64,000 nucleotides of DNA from Callorhinchus milii (taxonomy: Eukaryota), in the NCBI RefSeq assembly GCF_018977255.1, contig NW_024704742.1, forward strand, positions 131,256,001 to 131,320,000, given 5' to 3'. Position 1 is the stretch's first letter, and the number at the start of each line of letters is the position of its first letter. The position numbers were made by a program, and so were the translations under genes. A model generated the notes under the pieces. That model saw only the letters and a list, made by a program, of their open reading frames with translations. It was not told the DNA's origin and searched no databases. Positions 51,501-61,548 of the stretch are shown in pieces.

Positions 51501-51802
51501 CCCCTGAAGAGCATCATTACGTTCAGGTACCAGATCAGACGTAACGCTATGGTAAAGGGCTGTTTATTGTCGGGGCTGGTTTTCCTCATGGCCAAAGGAC
51601 CAAAAGGTCCCGAAGTCCGAATATTCTAATCCACTTTCTCAAGTCAAGAGACTTGACTCATCAGCCTCATTAAAAGACGAATCACAGAAATTTATAGCAC
51701 AGAAGGAGGCCATTCAGCTAATCAAGTCTACACCAGCTCTCAGAGTAGCTATACTTTCAGTACCACTGCTCTGTCCTATCTCCAATTATAGCCTCAATTA
51801 CA

Positions 51803-52266
51803 ACAACAACAACAACAAGATTACATTTGTATAGCGCCTTTCACGTCAGGAGGACGTCCCAAGGCGCTGGACAGAGTACAGCATTTCAGACCCGAGCTGG
51901 GGTCAGGGGGGGAGAAGGGAGGGGAGGGAAAAGGGGGGTGGCCAATGGCATGGTTGAAGAGGAGGGTCTTGAGGTGGGACTTGAAGGAGGCTAAGGAGGG
52001 GGCGAGGCGGAGTGATTGGGGGATGGAATTCCAGAGGTTGGGGGCAGAGTGGCTGAAGGCTCTCCTGCCAATGGTGGGGCGGATGGGTCGGGGGACGTGG
52101 AGCAGACCAGAGCCGGCTGAGCGGAGGGAGCGGGTGGGTTGGTAGGGGGTTAGGAGGTCACAGAGGTAGGGTGGGGCGAGGCTGTGGAGGGCTTTATAGG
52201 TGAGGACCAGGATCTTGAACTGGATCCTCTGAAGGATAGGGAGCCAATGGAGTTGGGTGAGAATGG
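51803..52266 (-). mobile_element. Young L2 3' fragment
   Basis: Open antisense frame [37 protein letters not shown]...; intact hairpin 51833-51868; AATTACA TSD at 51796-51802 and 52267-52273. Confidence 0.92.
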
Positions 52267-53344
52267 AATTACAGCATGGAAACTGCTCATTCGACCCAAT
52301 TAAATTACAACAACAACTTGCAATCATATAGCGTCCTTCATGCAGCATATAGCGATTCTAGTCACACTAATGGTGTGAACTCCGATCAAGGGAGAAGGGA
52401 TAGATGGAGGCTTGATCAAAGAGGTGGCCTTCGGATAGGATCTGAAGATAGATAAAGAGCGGGAGAGGTGGAGTCAGTGATTCAGGGGTGTAGTGGCTGA
52501 ATGAACGGAAGTCCCACACCCAGAATGCCTCCGCACTGCACTTCAATTTAATAGTATATTTGAAACCTAGCATTTGATACAATGCCGTAACACGTGGTTG
52601 AAGCATCTTAAAGCATTGAAAATGGGGACCTGATAAGGGAGCTGAGTTAACGGCAGAAAGGTCAGTCGTGAAAGGCTGTCAGAGCCAGTTATTAGCCCAG
52701 AGAACACATCATTTCAGCTCTGCATAGTAGAGACTGCATGGCACATCTACTCCTACCTTCTAAATATAGCAGCAAGATTAAAAACAGACCCATATAGATA
52801 TAATAATAATAATAATAACCCTTGCATTTGATATAGCGCTTTTCATGTCTTCTCGACATCTCAAAGTGCTTCTCAGAATAGACTGTAAAGTGAATTGACT
52901 GTATATTTGTGGGCGAAATATAATATTGATATGGGGAGAAATTCTAACTGGGTCTACATTTACTCTATTTACATAACATTTCAGCAAGTCCAGCAAATAC
53001 TGAGGTGATGTTGAAGCCATTTTTTCTTTAAATTTCTTTGAAGAACTAAGGGAAAAATGACTTCAAAAGAAGGGAGTTTCTCCATCTGTCCTAACTAACA
53101 ATCCATGCCCTGGATAAAATTGGCCATTTACATTCGTGGCTGTTTGTAAGACATTGCCGTGTGCAAATTGACTACCTGGTTATCCTTCAAATACACTTTA
53201 ACAGTAATTCTTGCGAAGCTCTTTGAGATGCGCTCCAGACATGAAAGGTGCTGTAACAGATGTGATGCATTGTCATGGCTATTGTTTCAAAGTTGAGACT
53301 GAATTCAATGATTTGCCGCAAAAAAACTTACATAGTTAGTTACA

Positions 53345-53647
53345 TAATAATAATAATCCTTGCATTTGATATAGCGCTTTTCACGTCTTCTCGACGTCTC
53401 AAAGCGCTTCACAGAATATACTGTAAAGTGAATTGACTGTATATTTGTGGGCGAAACGTAGCAGCCAATTGCGCACAGCAGTGTCCCACAAACAGTCATG
53501 GATTGAAAATGGCCAATTTTTTTTGGAGGGATTATTATTAGGCGTGTGGAGTAAGGAAATTTGCCCAAGATTTTGTCCCGCCTGGAATTGAACCCAGGTG
53601 TCTCGCTTGCAAGGTGAGTGCTCTGAATACTGAGCTACAGGACTCCA
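53345..53647 (-). mobile_element. Family-2 tRNA-SINE, short form
   Basis: Near-identical to 16083-16400 and 20413-20728; anticodon loop CT-TGC-AA. Confidence 0.92.
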
Positions 53648-54287
53648 CAAATTATATAGACCGTGAATTACAGCACGGAAACTGCTCACTCGACCCAATT
53701 ACAACAACAACAACAACTTGCATTCGCATATAGCAATATAAAAAAAGTGAAAAAAACAACAAGTCTAGATCCAGGTAGAATTTCTCCACTGTGTCTGGTA
53801 GCTTTCCCCCTCGGGGGACATTCACAATTCACTTGCTTGGAATTTTCTGACTTTGACGAGGGGCCAGGTAATGAATGATCCTTCCATCACCCTCATTACA
53901 TTGGTCATACTTAATCCCCAAAGATTCCTGCTATCGTCTCATTGCTCTGCTGTCAGTTCCTTCCCTACCTGCAGTAAGTTTAGAACATTGTGGCTGGAGA
54001 GGAGCTGTTTTTTTTGTGTGGGGGGGATGGGAGGAAGCGAATGCGTCGAAAGCCAGATATTGGAAGCTCAGTCATGAGCAGAGTTGGTGAGAATGTATGG
54101 CCGCTTGCTAAGGATTCGAAACACCAATTTATCAAATTCATGTGTTATTTGTCAGAAGTAAAGATACTGAAGGTTTGCCACCAAAATACAATCATTTCAC
54201 TTTACAATATATTCTATGAAGTGCTTTGAGTCGTTTCAATGATATGAAAAGGCATTGTATCAAATGCAAGGATTATTATTATCACAT

Positions 54288-54556
54288 TATAATAATAATA
54301 ATCCTTGCATTTGATATAGCGCTTTTCACGTCGAGAGGACGTCCCAAAGCTCTTCACAGAACACACTGTAAATTGAATTGACTATATATTTGTGGGCGAA
54401 CACGGCAGCCAATTGCGCACAGCAATGTCCCACAAACAGTCGTAGATTGAAAATGACCAATTTATTATTGTTTTTGGTTTTGGAGAGATTATTATTAGGC
54501 GTGTGGAGTAAGGAACCTTGCCCAAGGTTTCGCCCTGCCTGGAATTGAACTCAGGT
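54288..54556 (-). mobile_element. Family-2 tRNA-SINE, short form, 5'-truncated
   Basis: Matches 53345-53600. Confidence 0.9.
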
Positions 54557-56009
54557 ACACTGGTACACAGGGCAGTTCTGTATTTCCTTTCATTGGAGTC
54601 TCAGCCCTATATTCACAGTCTAGGTTGACGCTCTAAATGCAGTGTTGGTGGTAGAGCTTTATTGTCAGATGAGACGTTGAACCGAGGTCCCGTGTGCTTG
54701 TTCAGGTGCATAGTAAAGATCCCATGACACCACATGAAAAGAGAAGTGAGTTTCTCCCGGTATCCTGGCCAACAATCCCCAGATAAAATTGATAATCGCT
54801 TTGTGACTGTGGAACGATGCTATGCCGAAATTGGCTGCTACATTTGCCTACAAAACCCCCCGACAGTCATTCCATGCTTTGAGACATCTTCCCAACGTGA
54901 ATGGTCTTATGTAAAATGTAAGGTTATTATATTAATATTAAATCATTAATTGCGTCGTTCAATTCTCCTAATATTGGGGGCAAATTGCAGTATGACTCAA
55001 ATCTGTCTCACTTGCATTGCAGTGTATCATTAATATACACTCGTAAACGTATATGTAGTCTTTATAGCTTGTTGGCAGTCGAGCTCCAATGCCAAGTCCC
55101 TAGCAGTAGAATCAGAGCCGTAGTACTACAGAAGGTGCCAAAGCAGAAATATGTTAACGTTGATGAAAGTAAATATTATTCAGCGAGAGGAACGGTTCAC
55201 ATCTTGAATGCAATTTCCCAAGCAGCTGTGTCAATAAAGAGGTTGTCAATAACCCAGCAAGTGAGCTCCAAATGTTTCCTCTCCACTCCTTGCCCATGAT
55301 CTCACACTTCGGAAATAGTAGCAGATCTGGGACACAATCCACGGAGGATACCAGCTCGGGGATTGGTGCTTTGCAGGTAATAAGCATACTCAAGGCGAAT
55401 GGTTGCACAGTTCACTCATCGCATAGGTCGTGCAGTGTTTTACTGGTGTTGCCAGTGATGCCTGGTGGCAAGGAATGGGAGTGGCATTGCATTCAATGGA
55501 GGGACACTGCTGTGTGCAACGGGCTGCTGTGTTTTGCTCATAATATACACAGTCAATCCACTTTGTGATAAATCCTGTTAAGCTTTGAGACATTTCAATG
55601 ACGTGATAAGGCGCTATGTCAAATGCATTATTATTATTAAATTACACTGTAAATGGGGTCAGAACTTTTTGAATTCTACATCCCCCTAAATTACATGCAT
55701 GTTAGTTGAAAATAATAATAATAATTATAATACTCCTTGCATTTGCTTTAGCAACTTTCTCGTAAGAGGGATGTATATAAACGCTTCATAGATTTTACTG
55801 TAAAGTGCAAGGAGGTGAACATGGCAACCAATTTGCACACAGCAATGTCCCGCAAACACCCATGAAGTGAATGATCCATTTAATCTGGGGTATAGTTAGC
55901 CAGGACAACGGGAAAAACTCCCTTCTATTTTCGAATAGTATCATGGGATCTTCAATCTTCAATATCCAATATCTATCTTGTCGATTTCCATTCCCATTAT
56001 TTTAAGCAC

Positions 56010-56420
56010 CAGAATGAGATCTGTGTTCTATGCGTACAGTCTGGGTCAAATCACCTGCTAACGTCTGCCTCTCCGTGTTAAAGACCTGGATCATGTTCCA
56101 CCAGCCCCCTTCTTCAATCTTTTCTTTGTTGAAAGCTCTAGGCTGATAACTTAGTGTCTTAAGTCCTGCTTCTTTTTGATCCTCCCTGGACCATCTCCAA
56201 CACATTACCGTCCTTTTGAAGGTAAAGTGCTCAAAATTGCACAGAATATTTTAAATGTGGCCTGTGCAGCGATTATACAAGGTTAGAATAACTTATTTTG
56301 ACATACAGTCAAATGCCCTGGAGATCTAACCCAGCATTTGATTAACTTTGTTGGAAAAAAAAGCTTCATATTGACTGGAAACTTTAAGTGAATGATCAAT
56401 ATTCACACCCAAGCACCATC
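56010..56420 (-). mobile_element. Old CR1 ORF2 fragment
   Basis: Antisense RPHLKYSVQF-like motif (AAATTGCACAGAATATTTTAAATGTGGCCT). Confidence 0.65.
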
Positions 56421-57103
56421 AGGACATTTCATACCATGGAGATCTAAGCGTCTCAGTGATTTCATTGCCAGCTTAAAGTGGGTTTGCGACAAAGGTCGGG
56501 AATTCAATATTAAATAATCATAGACTGAAGACATAGTAGAGTAGACAGATTGATTCTTATAGAAATTATCCTACCTCAGTTTTTTTTTTACATGGCAGGA
56601 AACGAAATAGCTCAGTACGTGCAGATGACTTTAGCCTTAAGATGAATTCAGTCTGCCTGGAGTCGATCTGCCGAGGCCTAAGCTATTAGGAGACTCTTTT
56701 ATTGGCAGGTACACAGACCAACATGCTTTTCCGCATCGTGGAGGTAAGCCCATCTTTAGAAGAAATGGGAAACAGGAAATGCAAAGTCATTGCACATAGT
56801 CCTGTATGCTGGAGCAAAGGGGCACGGATCCAAACTCATGAGCGAAAACAAATATAGGTTACATTCAACTATTCTGCACAGAGAATGGGTGGATGTATAT
56901 TAAGGGAACAGCAGAGAGGATTAGGTGAGGGTTGGAACCCCATGTGGAGTATAAACACCGGCACAAACTAATTGGGCTGAATGGCCTGTTTCTGTGAAGT
57001 ATAATTTCTGTGTAAATCTATGGACAATACATTCATTACCCAGAGATGTGATGGAGAAAGATTGCATCAGGAGATTCAAAAAGAATAGATATTGAATGAA
57101 GAA

Positions 57104-57660
57104 GAACAAAAATTGCATTGATATGGTACCTTTCACATTGGGAGGACATCCCAAGCTGCTGGATAGACAAGGGATTGCACCCGAGCTGGGGGGACAGAAT
57201 CAAGAGGGGTGGAGTGCAAGGCGGGGTTGAGTCGGAAGATCAAATGATTCAAAGTCGAAGGTCTTGAGGCGGGTCTTGAAGAAGGGAAGGGAGGGGGTGA
57301 GTAGAAGGGATTCTTGTATGGAGTAACAGAGGGTGGAGCTTGTGGAATTCTCTATCCCAGAAGGCTGTGGATGCTCAGTCCTTGAACATATTCAAGACTG
57401 AGGTTGATAGATTTCTAAAGGATAGAGGGATTAAGGAATATGGGGACAGGGCGGGTAAATGGAATTAGGTTAGAAGTTCAGCCATGATCTTATTAAATGG
57501 TGGGGCAGGCTCAAGGGGCCGAATGGCCTACTCCTGCTCCTACGTCTTATAGTCTTATAGTGGGGGCAGAAAGGCTGAAGGCCTGATCGCCGATGGTGGG
57601 GAAGGAAGCACGGGAGACATGGAGCAGGCCAGTATCTCTTGAGAGGAGGGAGCGGGCACA
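57104..57660 (-). mobile_element. L2 3' fragment interrupted by a + strand CR1 3' end (57341-57559)
   Basis: L2 antisense GGAG..CAGAGGGTGG | GTGGGGGCAGA; insert matches 59225-59445. Confidence 0.85.
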
Positions 57661-58064
57661 TTAGTAAGATGTGAGGAATATGAGAGTTTTTATACTTTGG
57701 GATCTGGCATTAAATTGGAAATCTTTCTCGGAAATTCGAAAGGAACCCTCTCAATCTAGGGAACTGGCCCAGAGCGGTGTTGGTGTAGAATACTTTGAGA
57801 AATGGATAGATAATTCAGAAGAAAGGGTTTGTAGGGATTGGGACGTCCTCCTGACGTGAAAAGCGCTATATCAAATGCAAGGATTATTATTATTATTATT
57901 ATTATATGGAGAAAAGGTGAAATATAGGTTTAAAAAATCTGCCGCATTGTAATAAAGTGATGAAACAAACAAATTGCCTCCCTTTTCTGTGATCTCACCA
58001 AGAATACCCTGGATAAAATTGGTCTTCCACTTCATGGCTGTTTGTGGGACAATATTGTCATAAT

Positions 58065-59447
58065 AAAGTCATAATATGATTAGGCAGAGTCAATATGGTT
58101 TTATGAAAGAGAAATTGTGTTTAACAAATCTTTTAGAGTCTTTTGAAGATGTAACTAGCAGGTTAGATAGAGGGGAACCAGTGGATATAGTGTACTTTAG
58201 ATTTTCAGAAGGTATTTGACAAAGTGCCACATAAAAGGTTGTTACATAAGATTTGGGCACATGGAATTAAGGATAGTATATTAGCATGGATCGAAGAGTG
58301 GTTAACAGGCAGAAAACAGAGAGTAGGGATATACGGGTCCTTCTCAGATTGGCAGGTTGTGACTGGTGGAGTGCCGCAAGGATCAGTGCTTGTTTACAGT
58401 CTACATCAATGACTTAGATGAGGAAATAGAGCTTAATGCATCTAAATTCGTGGATGATACACAACTAGGTGGGAAAGTAAGCTATGAGGAGCACACAAGG
58501 AGGATGCAAAGGGTTACAGACAGATTAACAATAACAACAACAAGATACCATTTATAGAGCGCCTTTCACGTCAGGAGGAGTGAGTGGGCAAGAAGGTGGC
58601 AGATGGAATATAATGTGGGGAAGTGTGAAGTTATTCACCTAGATAGAAAAAATAGAAAAGCAGATTATTTTCCAGAGGGGGAGAGACCAGATAGTGTTAG
58701 TATTTTGTTAGTATTAGTATTATAGTGTTAGTATTCAGAGGGATTTAGGTGTCCTTGTACACCAATCACAGAAAGTTAGTATGCAGGTACAGCAAGCAAT
58801 TAGGAAGATAAATAGCATGTTAGCGTTTATTGCAAAGGAGTTAGAGTACAAGAGTAGAATACTACTACAAGAGTAGTATCACTGCAATTATATAGTCCCT
58901 TGGTGAGACCGCACCTGAGCTATTGTGTGCAGTTTTGGCCTCCTGATCTCAGAAAGGATATACTTGCCTTAGAGGGGGTGCAATTTAGGTTCACTAGGTT
59001 GGTTCCCAGGTTGAGGGTGTTGACCTACGAGGAGAAGTTGAGTAGACTAGGCCTATATTCACTAGAATATGGAAGAATTAAAGGTGATCTTATAGAAACC
59101 TTGATAGGGTTGATAGTGTGAGACTGTTTCCCTTTGTTAGAGAATCTAAAACATAGTCTCAGGATTAAAGGTCAGCCCTTTAGAACTGAGTTGACAAAAC
59201 ATTTCTTCACTCAGAGGGTAGTGAATTTATGGAATTCTCTACCCCAGAAGGCTGTGGATGCTCAGTCATTGAATATATTCAAGCCTGAGATCAATAGATT
59301 TTTAAAAACTAAAGGGATTAAAGTATATGGGGATAGGGCAAGTAAATTGAATTAGGTTAGAAGATCAGTTATGATCTTATCGAATGGCGGGGCAGGTTCG
59401 AGGGGCCAAATGGCCCACTCCTGCTCCTATTTCTTATGTTCTTATGT
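58065..59447 (+). mobile_element. 5'-truncated CR1 LINE (RT and C-terminus), inserted in a family-1 SINE
   Basis: [74 protein letters not shown]; (TTCTTATG)2 tail; SINE halves on both sides. Confidence 0.95.
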
Positions 59448-59795
59448 ACTGCGTGCAAATTGGTTTTCGCGTTCTCCCACAAAACATACAGTTAAAACAC
59501 TTTACAGGACAAATCCTGTAATGGGCTTTGAGACATCTTGTTGACATGATAAGGTGCTATTTCAAACACAATACTTTATTTTTACAGGCAAGGAGTAGTA
59601 CGTTGCTAAAGGGAATTGATACACAACTATCATTGGGCTGTTATTCTGAAGTTGGGATCAGTACACAATTAGTAATGTGAAGAGCTTCTCTCTGTATCTG
59701 ATGCATTGTGCAGCTTATCTATGAGGGCTTGGTGCCTGTGTTGGGTCTAAAATATGAAAACACTGGTGTCTAATTTTGCGGTATTACTTTACAGG

Positions 59796-59999
59796 ATTCC
59801 TCAATAAGGAATCTGATCGCTCAAACGAGGGATTCCTTACAGTTACGAGAATTAACTCACAATGAAACACAGGAACTTAGCTCTGACCCGAGCTACATCC
59901 AGTCATCAGGAAATCCAACAAAGTTCCTTATTGAGGAATACAATTCCTCCTATTGTAAGCACCAATTGAGGTTCATATTAAACCCCAATTGGTGTTTAC
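59796..59999. repeat. Unclassified inverted-repeat element plus adjacent hairpin
   Basis: Perfect 16-bp inverted repeat 59796-59811 / 59924-59939; hairpin 59955-59999. Confidence 0.6.
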
Positions 60000-60074
60000 T
60001 TAAATAGTCAGCTCATCTGCATAGCTGTTACCAGTATGAGTGGAGTGGACGCAGCCTTCAAGAATGATTTTTCT

Positions 60075-60272
60075 TTACCTGGTAGAGATAGAGGATCTGG
60101 ATGCTATGATTGAAGCAAAACACATCAATGGATTCAACAGGAAACTCGATGCATACACCAGGGAGAAAGGAATGGAGGGGTATAGGAAGGGTGGAGACTC
60201 ATGTGGAGTACAAACAATGGCACAGACTAGTTGGACTGAATGGCCTACTTCCTTGCTGTAGCACTCTATGTA
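60075..60272 (+). mobile_element. CR1 3' fragment
   Basis: IEAKHINGFNRKLDAY, then TTGGACTGAATGGCCTACTTCC. Confidence 0.7.
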
Positions 60273-60624
60273 AACTACTAATAATAAATGATTACAATGA
60301 GAAAAATAAGGAGCTGTAGAAAAATAGGAAATATATCGATCTACAAATTGAATGTGGACGTATGTGGCAACGTAAAACAAATATTCTTATTATATGATTA
60401 TAGTTCCTATAACAGTGCAACTGGGACTGTTCATAAATAGCTTGACAAACTACCTGGTGAACAAAATATCAACCTTCTGAAAAAAATAAGCTATTTTTGG
60501 AGGTTCACATATACCAAGAAAGTAACATCCATTCATATGTAACATGGCAGTGTTATTGGTTTGGCTGACGCATCACTGAAAAGCATTCAGAAATTACCTC
60601 TCCAGAGTGATTTAAACTGTAGTA

Positions 60625-61068
60625 GCATAATAATAATCCTTGGATTTCATATAGGGCCTTACCATGTCGTTGAGATATCTCAAAATATTTCAATGAATTT
60701 ACTGTAAAGTGTCGTGACTGTGTATTTTGTAGGTGAAAGTGACCAATTTTTCTCATAGCATTGTTTCATAAACAGCCATCAAGTAAAAGATCAATTTTAT
60801 CTGGTGGATTATTGGCCAGGAAACCGGGAGAGAGAAACTCCCTCCTCTACTTGATTCATGCCATGGGATCTTTAATGTCCACCTGAACAGGCGGGTAGGG
60901 ACTTCAGTTTACCACCTCGGCCAAAAGATGGCACCTCTGATAATACTGTGCTCCCCTAGAACTGCATTGGAGCGCCCGCCTAGACTGTGAGCTCAAGGTC
61001 ATGACATGGTGGCTTGAACTCACAACCTTCTGACCCAAAAGTGAGAGTACTACCAACTGAGCCAGGCT
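60625..61068 (-). mobile_element. Full-length family-1 Deu-domain SINE
   Basis: Tail, GCCATGGGATCTTTAATGTCCACCTGAACAGGC, head ACCAACTGAGCCAGGCTG. Confidence 0.88.
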
Positions 61069-61315
61069 GCTGGGAGCAGTTGAGCAGCCGGTACAAGATA
61101 GATATTAATTTCCACTTCCAATGTCCCTTTGCTTTTCTCCTGTTATATGTGATGAGTTTGGCCATGTGCTGGTTATATTTCTTGCTGTATTTACAAATGT
61201 CAATACAATAAATATCTCTATCAACACAACTGAGCTTCACAGGCTTCTTAATTCGAGATTGTTGTTGGGACGTCCTTGGGACATCCTCCGACGTGAAAGG
61301 CACTATACAAATGTA

Positions 61316-61548
61316 CAAAAGGCAAAGCACTGCAGATGCTGGAAATCTGGTGTAAACACAGACGTTACTGGGAACACGCAGCAGGTCAGGGAACATCCAT
61401 GGAAAGAGGAAAATGAGCTAACGTTTCAGGTCAATGATCTTTCATCAGAACTGGCGAAAGCTCATTGACCTGAAACGTCAACTAATTTTCCTCTCTCCAT
61501 GGATGCTGCCTGACCTGCTGCGTGTTCCCAGTGACTTATGTGTTTATG
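61316..61548. mobile_element. Palindromic Penelope-like (pLTR-derived) insertion with 13-bp TSD
   Basis: Inverted arms 61353-61448 / 61451-61546; CTATACAAATGTA at 61303-61315 and 61549-61561; lies within an L2 tail. Confidence 0.85.
61416..61452 (-). ncRNA. Minimal type-I hammerhead ribozyme motif
   Basis: AGUU-CUGAUGA-A-AGAUC(AUU)GACCU-GAAAC-GUU-AGCU: core boxes, stem II with one mismatch, 4-bp stem I, reduced palindromic stem III. Confidence 0.65.
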
